Assembly: GCF_006345805.1 (NCBI RefSeq)
Contig: NC_042998.1
Span: forward strand, 167,524,001-167,588,000
DNA: 64,000 nt
Direction: 5' to 3'
Origin: Octopus sinensis
Lineage: Eukaryota
Shown here: positions 13,263 through 25,771 of the stretch, piece after piece
How the letters are laid out: each line of letters starts with the position of its first letter
Position numbering within the stretch: position 1 is the stretch's first letter
Program-made: the position numbers and the translations under genes
Notes under the pieces: generated by a model
Seen by the model: only the letters and a program-made list of their open reading frames with translations
The model's database searches: none
Told to the model about the DNA's origin: nothing

Positions 13263-13302
<40 letters not shown>

Positions 13303-13465
13303 GAATGATGCTGATGCTGATGCTGATGATGATGATGATGAGGAGGATGATGAGGAGGAGGAGGAAGCTTTTATGAACGAGGATACAGAATGACAAATAA
13401 TAGCACTATATAAATAGTAAAACTTTTTCAGAACAGTGTATGTTGAAGCAAGTCAAGCTATAGAT

Positions 13466-13612
13466 CAGTGGTTCCCAACCTGTGGTCTGCAAAGGTAGAA
13501 CTGGGGTTTCGAGAACATGTTAAGATGACAGACTTTTCAATATCCTGGGGTCCGTGGGAAAACTCATTTAAATAAAAGGTATCTTTGGTAGTGAAAAGTA
13601 TGGGAACCACTG
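13466..13612. mobile_element. hAT-type MITE (147 bp) with 8-bp TSD
   Basis: TIR CAGTGGTTCCCA...TGGGAACCACTG; flanks CTATAGAT / CTATAGGT (7/8 match). Confidence 0.85.
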
Positions 13613-13647
13613 CTATAGGTAATAGCGTGTAAATATTCTTTTCTATT

Positions 13648-13843
13648 CTAGGCACAAGGCCCGAAATTTTGGGGGAAGGGGCCAGTCGATTAGATTGACC
13701 CCAGTACGCAACTGGTACTTAATTCATCGACGCAGAAAGGATGAAAGGTAAAGTCAACCGTAGCAAAATTTGAACTCAAAACGTAAAGACCGACGAAGTA
13801 CCGCTAAGCATTTCGTATGGTGTGCTAACGTTTCTGCCAGCTT
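13648..13843 (-). mobile_element. SINE family A
   Basis: Reverse complement of the family A head and central domain. Confidence 0.85.
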
Positions 13844-14709
13844 GGATATAAAAAGCCAAACGAAGACTGACTGTGATACTCAAGCTACACTGTTCCAAGA
13901 AAGAATTAGTTTCTTTGTTGGGAATCACTCTCCTTACAAGATTAAATCCATTCTAATAATACTTACACGCGCGTGCGCATGTACGCATACATATACATGT
14001 TTTGGCTTCCAGACAAGTTGAGACAAGGAAGTAGCGTTTTCTACGTCCTTCAACATGAATTAATGTCAATGGAGGTAATACTGGTTTTTAACGTATCCAC
14101 AGTAATTCTCATGTAATTCCTTTCCATACTACTGGGGAATGTTACAGGTACTATAATTTTCTATTATCTGCTCCCCGCCAAAAAAATATATCTCGCCGGT
14201 ACACGTACAACAATTTCTCCAATGTGAGGTTATGTATTTCTCCCTGAATGACACTGCTTCTGAAATCACATGCTACAACCGAAATCATATAACTAACACC
14301 CGCAAACACAATACCCCACTGTAACTGTAGAATGTCCCTCAACCTGACGGCTTATAGAGTTTTTCCTCTCCAAAAGGGTTATTATATACAGCGTAATTAT
14401 AATACTATCGGGTGGCGTTAAACGGAATTATACAGAAATCACTAATGATATTTTGAAAAGATGCATTTATTAACATTTACAATAATTCGCTTAAAAGAAT
14501 ACTGAAAATACACATCTTGCTAGTTTCATTTCCACTCAAATAGTCTCACCGTGAAAGAGAACATATCACAATAGCTAGGAACATCAACAAGAGAACTCTC
14601 TAATTCAACGGAGTCCACCTGCTGAGTAAGCCTGAGTATAATATAGATATTAAAATCGCCAGGGATATACCTTAATCAGAGATCAGTGATACTAACTAAC
14701 TCTGGTCAA

Positions 14710-14803
14710 AAGGAAGCTTATCGGATCAGTTGGTCATGGAGTTGGAAATCCACAGATCTATGGATTTCCAACTCCATGACCAACTGATCCAATAAGCTCC
14801 CTT
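14710..14803. repeat. 94-bp near-perfect hairpin
   Basis: 43-bp arms (14710-14752 / 14761-14803) with 2 mismatches; 8-nt loop containing AGATCT. Confidence 0.92.
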
Positions 14804-15832
14804 GACGACTGCAAGTCTGGATCGAGCGCTTTCCCTTGTACTATAGTAGTCTATCTTGTCATCAATATTTTTAGTCTACTACAAATTAGACACGCTGATT
14901 AACAATTAATGAATAAATACCAACCAAACCGGTGCTCGTCCAAACTCCTGTAGAAATGTTTCGATTTTTTCCCCCTCCTCAGTGAAAGATAGACACAGGT
15001 AGCATTAATTATTTGATGTGTGAAGTCTAATGTTTCGGGTTGGTGGTGTTTAATAAATGAGTCATTAAAAAAAAAACAACGAGGAAGTGATTGGAGTGAA
15101 TGAGAGAGAAAGGAAGTGAAGTGGGACTGGAAAGATCATGCCCGAGTGATAGACGGTTGATATGTGAAGTGGAGTATTTTACGAATAGTTGAGGGAGAGG
15201 TGGGAGAAACTGCTAAAGTCCGATTATAGCCGCACTCTTTATTGAACTTGAGTAGCATGGTTTTGAAAGTAAGTATCTTGCTTTAACCGTCATCTTTTAA
15301 ATCTTAGGAAGATCTTGCAGATTTTTATAGTCCCAGACATCGTGATCATGTATATAAGTATGCTTTCCTTCGAGATTTACTTAAGTTCTTAACGGATTTC
15401 AAACCGGTTGTTAACAAAGCGACAAGCCATTTCGAGTGAAGTGTTCTCGGGGTTCGTAGATATGTGGTTGAATTGGGATGTACATACATGTAGGTGTTTG
15501 TACATGTACTTGCACTTACGCTCTCTGTTAACATGTCTTGTCAGTGTTTATGTATTTCAGCGTGTATGTGTGCGTGTTTCATTACTTTTTACACGTGTAT
15601 CCTTGTTGATGCACAGAACCAAATATGTTCATATAAAAGAAAAAAAGAAAATCTCAGAAGAAGCCTCTTTGCAACGTCTAACAAATTTTCACTGCGCTGG
15701 TAGTAGACTGGATTTTGGAGGATGCGCATTTGTTTCCTTTGCTTTTTCTTAGAAAAACCTAGTATTTCTAGTATTCTTTTCTTATGTAAATCTGTATGTA
15801 TTCATACATACATATCTACATATTTAAAAACA

Positions 15833-15900
15833 GTGAGGGTGGGTGTAATCAGCACGCTTATCGTGAAAATAAGAGGTGCGGGTTCGATTTCCACGCGTAC
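15833..15900 (+). pseudogene. tRNA-like sequence (decayed tRNA or SINE head)
   Basis: Anticodon-like arm CTTAT-CGTGAAA-ATAAG, T-loop GGTTCGATTTCC, downstream T6 run; acceptor stem pairs poorly. Confidence 0.4.
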
Positions 15901-16167
15901 TAATGCCCATTTTTTCCCGTTACGCGGGTTTATATTCCCTAATATTAGACTTTCTCTGTAGTGAAGATTTATAAGATTTAGTGAATATTTATAAGATTTA
16001 TAAGGTGAAGATTTATAATTTTATTTACAAAATTTCGCTCTCGACTGGTCCCTAATTCACACAGAATTCGTACATGCCTACATATTTACCGCTATACAAA
16101 TTTATGTATGGGTGTATGTATGCGCGTATGTATGTATGTATGCGCGTATATATGTGTGTATGTATGT

Positions 16168-16467
16168 ATGTCCCTTCTCGAGCCACGCCTGGCTCATAAG
16201 GGTCGGTTTCCCAGTTACCTTGGCGTATAGGTTCCCCACCTGGACGGGACGCCGGTCCGTCGCAGGTGAGCTGCAAGATGCAGAAGGAAAGAGTGAGAGA
16301 AAGTTGTGGCGAAAGAGTCAGCAGAAGTTCGCCATTACCTTCTGCCGGAGCCACGTGGAGCTTAGGTGTTTTGCTCTTAAACGCACACATCGCCTGGTCT
16401 GAGATTCGAACCCGCGATCTCTCGACCGCGAGTCCGCTGCTCTAACCACTAGACCATGTGCCTCCAC
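16168..16467 (-). mobile_element. tRNA-derived SINE family C, full length
   Basis: Head GAGGCACATGGTCTAGTGGTTAG on the minus strand, plus a GGACCGGCGTCCCGTCCAG (V-domain-like) segment. Confidence 0.85.
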
Positions 16468-16500
<33 letters not shown>

Positions 16501-16854
16501 TGTATGTATGTATGTATGTATGTATGTGAGGTCACTATTACTGCTTCTAACAAGTAAACCAGTACAACCTATCGCATGATCGAACCATCGGCAACTCAGT
16601 AAGGCCGGTGAACGAAATACACACACACACACACACACATTATATTTGTGTGCATGCGTGCGAGCGTACGTGTGTGTAAGACTATATTGTCCAGTACATC
16701 TTTTATTTAAACGATGGGTTAAGATTTCAGGAAAATTTGGCTGGTATTTCCAGGTTGTGCAATCATTTAGAAGACGTCTTTTAGAACACCAAGAACAATC
16801 GACATACGTTGACGTCACCTTACGTGTAAGCATAAAACAGCACATTTCCTTTCC

Positions 16855-16944
16855 CTTCTTCTTCTTCTTCTTCTTCTTCTTCTTCTTCTTCTTCTTCTTC
16901 TTCTTCTTCTTCTTCTTCTTCTTCTTCTTCTTCTTCTTCTTCTT
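16855..16944. repeat. (CTT)n microsatellite
   Basis: Pure run; gives the poly-F/poly-E ORFs. Confidence 0.98.
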
Positions 16945-18137
16945 TATGCGTGTATGTATGTATGTGTGTATATGTGTGCATGTTAGTTTTTATATTTGGT
17001 TGGTTAGAATAAACAGTGATGTAAGGTGTGATAGAGGGTGAAAAACTGGCTAGCAATGATCCAGTCACACGCGCGTGAGCGCACGTACACACACACACAC
17101 ATGCACAAACATTCACACGCACAATTACTCTACATGTATGCGTGAATGTGTGTGATTTCGAACTCGCGCATTTGCCTAGACTTAACGAGGGAGAAATCCC
17201 TACCATTTCATCTATAAAAATAATCATTTGAGGTCAGCTCAAAACCTTGGCCAAGAGATTAAAATTCTGAGTCATCGACTGGGTATGAACAAGTTCTTTC
17301 CGTTTTACTTTTTTTTCATTTTCTCCAGACTTACCTCAATACCTCCCTGCTTCCACACATAGACGTTCAGAACAGAATACCTGATCAAATAACACGAAAG
17401 TTCATGTCAGTTCCCTGATGGATTTCAAAATTGACGTCATCAATTCAAAATTCAATCCATATCATGTGTAGCGTTTTAGTTATCTATATAACAAATCTTG
17501 AATTTAACTGTTTGAAAGTTCCTTAAGTGTGAAGTCGTGTAAAATATATGAATAGATGAACAAACAAATAAATACATAAACAATAAACTAAAAAAGATAT
17601 CACAATCACGCCATTTGAAGTCAATGACTCACACTTGAAGCGTCTCACAAAAGGTTTAGAGTTGACCATGAAAGGTGTTTAAGCGGAGATTATATGAAAT
17701 TCGTTGCTTCGTTTACTTTCGTAAAAGGAATTCATAAAGCCTGCAACAACGACAAAAGTAAGAATGCTTTTAAAAGATAGTAAGTCACTAGAAAAAGAGA
17801 AGAAAATGTTGACATAGTTTGTTATGAGAACAAACTGTGTATGCAAATAAAACAACTCTTAGCTCATAGGCAAGCACTCTCGGGTTGGTATGCAATAATT
17901 TTCTTTTATTTTTCAACTTGAAATTTACTCCCATTTCTAATCTTTTATTTTCTATCCTTTTCTCTTCAACTCTCGCATATAATTCGTCTCTGAAAATTTT
18001 GTTATATTTCCTATTTACATCACATTTTTTCTCGTATTTGCGTTATTCTTTCCGTTACATGTTAGCTAACAATGGTTTGTTTTAACACAGCAATGGAAAA
18101 TGATAATGGTTTCCAAACTCTGTACAAAATGGAACGT

Positions 18138-18361
18138 TGATGCACCCCCACTACTTCTGCTCGTGATCAGAGATGCACATATCGTCAGCCACTAAGGAAC
18201 ATGCTCAACTGGTGAACGTCAAACAACTGACAAGCAAATCTGTGGTATTGAACAGAATATTTGCTGTAGCCCATCTTTTATACCAAGACAAAACATTGTA
18301 CATGATAACACTTCCAATCAGTTAAGATCAGAAGCCATGAGAGCCACTGCCTGGTACTGCA
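18138..18361. mobile_element. Partial copy of the ~550-bp (TAA)n-associated element
   Basis: Near-identical to 27800-28021. Confidence 0.85.
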
Positions 18362-18840
18362 ACACATGGTTAGGTATAAGGATAAGCTGTGACGATCACG
18401 AAAATCTCTACAGCTTAACCTGACGTCTTGGGAAAGTCATTGCCTAGATTGATCTGCAAGGCGTAAAATGTGTCGTAACGCATCAAAACAACTTGAGTTG
18501 AAGAAGAAGAACAACGAATTATCCTGCAATCAACATACACATTTGCCTAATCCCTGGCAAAATCAAAATAATCAGTGACCCCATTCTGACTTCAAAGCAG
18601 AATCCATCCCTGGACTCAAATTACATTCACGCATCTATCGTAAATAGATGCAAATTCTTTTGTTCTTTTCTTTTTAAAAGTTGTTTTCTCTTTTTCCTAC
18701 TTTTTAAAAATCTTTAAATACTCTTTCACACGTCGAAATCGACGGGAGCGACCATCATTATTCGACATTTGATAGTTTCATTCAAATTTCTGTTGCATCA
18801 CCTGCTACACCTCCGTATTGATGAGGTATGTGCAGCATAT

Positions 18841-19254
18841 AAGGCGGCGAACTGGCAGAAACGTTAGCACGCCGGGCAAAATGCGTAGCCGTATTTCGTC
18901 TGCCGTTACGTTCTGAGTTCAAATTCCGCCGAGGTCGACTTTGCCTTTCATCCTTTCGGGGTCGATTAAATAAGGACCAGTTAGCACTGGGGTCGATGTA
19001 ATCGACTTAATCCGTGTGTCTGTCCTTGTTCGTCCCCTCTATGTTTAGCCCCTTGTGGGTAGTAAAGAAATAGGTATTTCGTCTACTGTTACGTTGTGAG
19101 TTCAAATTCCGCCGAGGTCGACTTTACCTTTCATCTTTTCGGGATCGATAAATTAAGTACCAGTTGCGAACTGGGGTCGATGTAATCGACTTAATACCTA
19201 TGTATGTCCTTGTTTGTCCCCTCAATGTTTAGCCCCTTGTGGGTAATAAAGAAA
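18841..19254 (+). mobile_element. SINE family A with internal 3' duplication and 16-bp TSD
   Basis: TSD GAGGTATGTGCAGCAT at 18823-18838 and 19255-19270; body duplicated (~18890-19073 / 19074-19254). Confidence 0.92.
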
Positions 19255-19549
19255 GAGGTATGTGCAGCATTATGTGTTCTTGTCTTTTTTTTGTTAGTTG
19301 AGTACAAACTCTTCCCGGTATTGTATTGCATAATTTTGCTTTGTTATTGGGTTTGGTTGCAGTCTTTTGCTATATTAGTGCTTGTATTGTGTGTTGTGCG
19401 TGTAATGCAGGTTGTGTTCTTTTATTGAGTATCCGACCTGTAGAGTACATGTTGTGGTGGTTTGTTTATTTTATTGCATGTTCACTGTATAGAGTGTGTC
19501 TTGTGTTTGTGGATTGTTTATTTGGGTTGTACTATTAAATTCACTATTT

Positions 19550-20320
19550 CACTGTATCTTGCGAAGGATGTGGGTTGTTCCTTGCAGGGCTATTTGTTAG
19601 ATAATGTGTAGTATTGAGAGTCCAAGTATATCTTGCTTCTAATTTGTATTCATGCATTTTTTTATCATACCCAATGCTCCAATTATTACTGTAATTGTTT
19701 CACCTTCAACATCTTTTGGGGCAATAATTCGGTCAGAAGGGTCTGCGATATCTATCAGTAAGCAGATGTCCACCACTCCATCCTTGATTATCATGTCTCG
19801 GCGATTAGCTTTGATTTCTTTGTCAGTTTGAACAGACATATTCCAGATGATTTTGGTCTGGTCGTTGTCATGTATCTTGTTTGGCACATGTTTATACAAT
19901 TTCTTGTTAGTTTTTATGTTGTAGTGTTCCCATATTGCCCAGTAGATATAGCTACTTACTCGGTTGTGTCTGTATATATATTTAGATTTGGCAAGGACTA
20001 GACAGCCAGAAATGATGCGGTCATCTGTCTCATAGTACTGGTTGCATGTTATGCATTTAGTGTTCGGACCTGTTTTCATTACTTTTATAGATATTTATGA
20101 TCAGGCATTAGTTTTGTCAGCGAAAATCGGTCCTCCCGTTTCTGCTTTTAATTCAGGCACTTTTTAATTCAGGCACTTTTCTGCTGGTCGCCAATGCGTA
20201 TCTCCAATTCCAGTATCCTTCAGCTTCTTAGGTAGCAGTTTGTATGTCGCGCCAAGTTGACCAACTATCAAAGGAACAATTATCACCTCTCTATTCCATA
20301 ATCTCTTCATCTCTCTGGCA
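19550..20320 (-). mobile_element. Dong/R4-like non-LTR retrotransposon relics (zinc knuckle + restriction-like endonuclease)
   Basis: KC..C...E...IISGC..LA...Y..RHN.V..YI.W...TDKEIKANRRD....CLLID....D and ..VIIGALG motifs; a second tail fragment lies at 20190-20320. Confidence 0.85.
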
Positions 20321-21049
20321 CGGTGATGATAATGATGATACTTTTGTAATTTTCTGTAGCTTTTTTTTTTATTTGGAGACTGTATGTGTTTTCTTTCAGT
20401 TAGAAACAATAGCTTATTCTCTGGTTTCTAAACCTGTTGCCGTCGCAGTTTCTATCAATGTATACACATTCATTTGTTTATCTCCTTTTAAAGGAATCTA
20501 GTTTCATATTCAACACTGCGTTAGGTTTATTCTTTTTAAATTTCAGTTTCATCTAAGGATTATATCATTCTGTTTGTTTTCTCCTTGTGTGTAAACAGAA
20601 ATATGTTTCCGTTGTTCATATTCTTCTTTGTTACTTATTATTTATTTTTTATTTAAGAGTTTTTGTTTCCTTTCTACGAAGTGGCTAGTATGAGCAGAAA
20701 GAATTTTGCGAATTGGTGCTACATATTTTATATTTTCTTAGGGATTTAGTCGTTTGGTTTCTGGATATCGCTGTAGTAACAGTGGAAGAAGTAGAAGTAA
20801 AAAGAATAAAAATAAAAGAAGTAAATTGCGACTGCTTTACTTTCTTAATATTTGAGAATGTTTTGTGACTGCAAGTTCTGAATATTACCATGTTACTAAC
20901 AAGACGATATGAAGAGAATAATAAATAGATTTTAATCCTTTTATTTATTTGCACCAAGTTATGCAGCTTAACGATATTTCGCATAATAATAATAATAAAA
21001 TATTTTTTAAAATAATAATAGTAATAATAATAGTTTTAACATCATTAAC

Positions 21050-22350
21050 TGGAATCTTACAGAGCTTCAACGCCTGGACAGGTGGACAAGAAAACTACTA
21101 ACATCTAAGAACATGCACCACCCAAAAGCAGACGTTGATCGTCTGTACCTACCCAGAAATAACAGGGGAAGAAGAATGATGTAGGTAGAACTGTGCTATA
21201 AGACCTCCACAATAGCAATGAACAAGTACTTATCTAGTACAGAAGACTGAAAGATGCAGCTTATGTGCAAACACGAAAGTAGCAAAAAATCACATTCTAT
21301 TGTCAAGGGAACTTGGCATTAACCCTGAATTAGACGAAGAACCTGAAACCACTGCCACAAAACAAGCATAACGGATCGAGCTGAGTGCAAAAAAGAACGG
21401 GCAGAAATAAATTGAGGAACAATTGAACCAGAAGCCTCTGCATGGACAGTACATACTTCGAAGTTGAAATGCTGATGTAAACCAAACAACAACCCATCAG
21501 TGGCTGAGAAGTTCATGAGACTTTAAGCAGAGACTGAAGGTTTCATATTGGCGACACAAGATCAAAGCTTGCTTACAAAAAACTACCAGGCTAATGTTCT
21601 TCAAAACGGTTCTGATCCTGAATGTAGATTCTGCGAGACATTTGACGAAACAATAGAACGTCTCGATTCGGGACGTCCTGTGCTGCTACAAACGAATACA
21701 AAAATCGCCATGATAGGGTAAGACAGTATTTACATTGGAAAATATGTAAACACTACGTAATCAGCAATCCTGCTTACTGGTATGAACATCATCCTGAGCC
21801 GGTCGTTGAAGATAAAACTGTCACTATCCCCTGGGATTTTCCAGTAAACACTGACAGAACGATTTAGGATAATCGACCAGACATGATTATTGAAGACGGG
21901 GAAGAAAATACTTGTAGACTAATAGATGTAAGTGTTCCCAGTGATAATAATATATCTGTAATGGAATTTGACAAATTAGGTAAATATAAGGACCTGGAAA
22001 TTGAAATGCAAAAGATGTTGCATCTTCCTGTTAGTGTAGGAGACCGAGGTATGATAAAAAAAAGGGGGGATGTCAGAAACATCTAAATAAAATCCCAGGA
22101 GAACAATGTCTCAGAGAAATCCAAAATGTTGTGCTGACATGTACTGTCCGCATCCGTAGAGAAACCCTATCAGTTTAAATATCCGTGTTGTATGACATGA
22201 AGACATTTCGCTACTGCCACTTCTCCTCCCCAAGCTTTCAGGCATACTGTAACATCTCTTATCCTTCACTCACCCTTGGACGCTGGATGTGTTTCGACAA
22301 GGGATACTAACAAACATGTCAGATTAAAAGTAAAAAATAAAAAATTATAT
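21050..22350 (+). mobile_element. Dong/R4-like non-LTR retrotransposon 3' portion
   Basis: DRWTRKLL...HHPKADVDRLYLPR, AETEGFIL.TQDQSL, CRFC..FDET, RHDRV..YLHW.IC, NRPD....CRLIDVSVPSD.N...KLGKYKDL.IE; an (AAT)-rich tract lies upstream. Confidence 0.9.
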
Positions 22351-22554
22351 TTCTGCTGTAGGAGAGCAGAAAAGGGAAGGAGATACGTCAATTACATCGA
22401 ACCCTGTACTCAACTGCTACTTACTTTTTCGATCCCGAAAGGATAAAAAGCAATACGTCGTGAACAAAAGCGAAATGCTGCTTAACATTTTGTCCGCCAG
22501 TCCGCCACCTTAAATAAGAACAACAACAGAAGCAGCAGCAACAGCATCAACAAT

Positions 22555-22772
22555 TATAATGGTTTCAGATTCTGACGCAGGGTCAGCAATTTCGGTGGAA
22601 GGTCTAAGTCGATTACATCGACTCCAGTACATGTTCAGGGACTTATTTTATCGTCCCTGAAAGGATGAAAAGGCAAAGTCGACCACGGAGGAATTTAAAC
22701 TCAGAAAGTAAAGAGCCAGGAGACATTACGCTAAGCGCTCTATCCGGTGTGCTAACGACTTTCCCACTTGCC
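22555..22772 (-). mobile_element. SINE family A (degenerate)
   Basis: Reverse-complement central domain and head. Confidence 0.7.
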
Positions 22773-23611
22773 TCCAATAATAATACCAGTCGTTACTAAG
22801 GAATTACCGGTGCGTTAACAGTTTTTAAATTCAATGCTATTAATATCTATGAATTTTAAGTAGCACTATATGTAATATATAGATGTAATTATCTTGTGCT
22901 CATATACAATATAGACGTAGACAGAAAATGGTTATCAACCGGGCAAGACCAAACCTTCTGTTGAGATTTTATTAGCATCTGAGTACCAACTTTAGCTATC
23001 CACAGAAATGCTGCTAATAAATAAATCCATTATTACTGAAAACTCAAGGAAGTCGAATAAACCGATTTACGCATATGGCGCATCTTGGCAATCAGTTCGA
23101 GTTTAAAATCACTGATAATTTAATATTCCGTTTTAATGTTGTAGTGCATAAACTGAACATATTTATATATTTTAGCCAGAATTGCATGTATACTCAGATG
23201 TAAGTACCAGGATTGAAAGTAATCTGGAGGAGCATGTTTTCTGCCCACGAAGATGCTATATAAGGATATATTGATTATATCTGTGAATGCATACAGTGTT
23301 AGTTAAAATGTCTCTATATTTTCTGAAACACTGTATACTACAGTGACAAACGAAATATACACTGCCGGAAGTTGTTGTTGACAAACAACAGCAGTAATTT
23401 CATTCAGCTGAATACACGTCATTGATTGGTTGAAATTACCGAAATGCGACAACTTTAACAAGAAATAACTTCCAAAATACAGAATTTTCTCAACAACGCC
23501 AAGAGTAAAAGATGTTTTATGTGGTACATTCTACAAGTATACGAAGTTTGAAAGTGTTTAGTTACAAAAGGTAAAGATCCGAAATACAACTCATGAGAAT
23601 AAATCTTTTAC

Positions 23612-23994
23612 CTTTTACTTGTTTCAATCATTAGACAGCGGCAATGCTGGGGCACTGCTTTGAGGAATTTTAGTCGAACTAATCAACCACAGTACTTATT
23701 TTCTTTTCAAGCCAGGTATTTTTAAAGCCTGATACTTCTATCGGTCTTTTTAACATAACAGTTAAGTTACAGGGGACGTGAACGCATCAACACCGGTTGT
23801 CAAGCGGTAGTGGGGAACAAACACAGATACAAAGACACACATACGGAGTTTCCATCAACCAAATCCACTCTCAAGGCTTTGGTCGACCCGAGGCTATAGT
23901 AGATGACACTTGCTCAAGGTGCAACACAGTCGGATTGGACCTGGAACCATGTGGTTTTGGAGCAGACTTCTTACCACACAGCCACACCTGCGCC
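23612..23994 (-). mobile_element. tRNA-derived CORE-like SINE (family B)
   Basis: Head GGCGCAGGTGTGGCTGTGTGGTAAG, CCTTGAGCAAGTGTCATCTACTATAGCCTCGGG core-like block, and a ...TGATTGAAACAAGTAA tail. Confidence 0.85.
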
Positions 23995-24534
23995 TATAAA
24001 CAACAAGAATAGATTATCAATGAAATGTAAGACTTATTTTTACAAAACAACAAAAGTAGAGTAAAGTGGACAATGATGATGACAGCAACTGTGGCAAGAA
24101 CATCAAAAAGAAAGTTAAAAAGCAATACTTAAAAGTGACCTGAAAGCTAGAATGTCAATGACAACAAAAATGACATCAAAACCAATTCTAACAGCCAAAG
24201 CAACATTTAGGACACCGAAAATATGAGCGACAACCACAACAGTTATAACAGCACTAATAATGGCAAACCAGTTACAGTCACACTAACAACTACAACAGCA
24301 GCAGCAGGAGCAGCAGCAACAACAATAAAAATAACAGCAGCAACAACAACAGTAACTACATCAAGACTGGATAGTGATAGCACTTGCTACACCAACAATA
24401 ATACAGTTATACAACAACGACGTTTACGGCACAAAATACAACAGGGACAGGCCCCTGCGCAAGGATGACACGGAAATTCATGAAGCGTTCCATATTTTCC
24501 TAAGGAAATTCGTGAAGCGTTCCATATTTTCCTA

Positions 24535-24940
24535 AGGCTGTGTGGTAAGTAGCTGGCTTACCAACCACATGGTTTCGAGTTAATTCCCACTGCGTAGCAC
24601 CTTGGGCAAGTGTCTTCTACTATAGCCTCGGGCCAACCAAAGCCTTGTGGATTTGGTAGACGGAAACTGAAAGAAACCCGTCGTATATATGTATATATAT
24701 ATATATATATGTATGTGCGTGTATATGTATGTGTGTCTGTGTTTGTCCCCCCAACATCGCTTGACAACCGATGGTAGTGTGTTTACGTCGCCGTAACTTA
24801 GTGGTTCGGCAAAAGAGACCGATAGAATAAGTACTAGACTTACAAAGAATAAGTAAGTCCTGGGGTCGATTTGCTCGACAAAAGGCGGTGCTCCAGCATG
24901 GCCGCAATCAAATGACTGAAACAAGTAAATGAGTAAAAGA
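24535..24940 (+). mobile_element. tRNA-derived CORE-like SINE (family B)
   Basis: GGCTGTGTGGTAAG...CACCTTGGGCAAGTGTCTTCTACTATAGCCTCGGG...TGACTGAAACAAGTAA; preceded by a 32-bp tandem duplication at ~24472-24537. Confidence 0.9.
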
Positions 24941-25516
24941 GATATGAGAAACGAAGGGGTTGAGGGCAATCACAACAATACTACACACAACACAGAAAAA
25001 TACAGCATCTCTCACTCCGCTAAATATAGCGACCAAATCTACGTTAAATCACTCCTAAGAATCTTTAAAAAGATTGGACACATTGCATAATGGATAAATT
25101 ATAGATATGTTTTCACCAAAAAACATAGAAAACAAAACAAAAAAAAAGGTGAACATTGAAAGGAATGTCTTTGATCATCGGTATGCATGCTTAATCAGGG
25201 TTGACCTGGATGGAACTAAACACCAACAATAGAAATGATGACAACTAAAATTGTGTTTTTTGTAAATTATGACAATCAAGGCAAGAGTCAGACGGCGCCA
25301 AAATAGTCTTAAAATGTCTACCACTAAGCACACACACACACATACACACATCCACACATGTGTATGTGTGTGTGTGTAAATGTGTATGTGTATACACACA
25401 CACACACATATATATATATACGCAATACATATATACACTCACATACACACACATGTATACCTATGTATGTATGTATGTATGTATGTATGTATGCACACAC
25501 ATATATAGAAGCAAAT

Positions 25517-25554
<38 letters not shown>

Positions 25555-25771
25555 ATATATTATATACACACACACACATATACATATATAAACATATATG
25601 ATTTTATTCTCATTATTATTGCTATTATTATTATGGTTGTTTTAATTAATTTATCAGATTTTTTACACTTAGCCAGCACGTTAGAATATGAATATCGGTG
25701 TGCGCTAAGTAAGCACTTCTAATTATTGGCGCGCGCGCACACACACACACACACACCACACTTTTACATGT

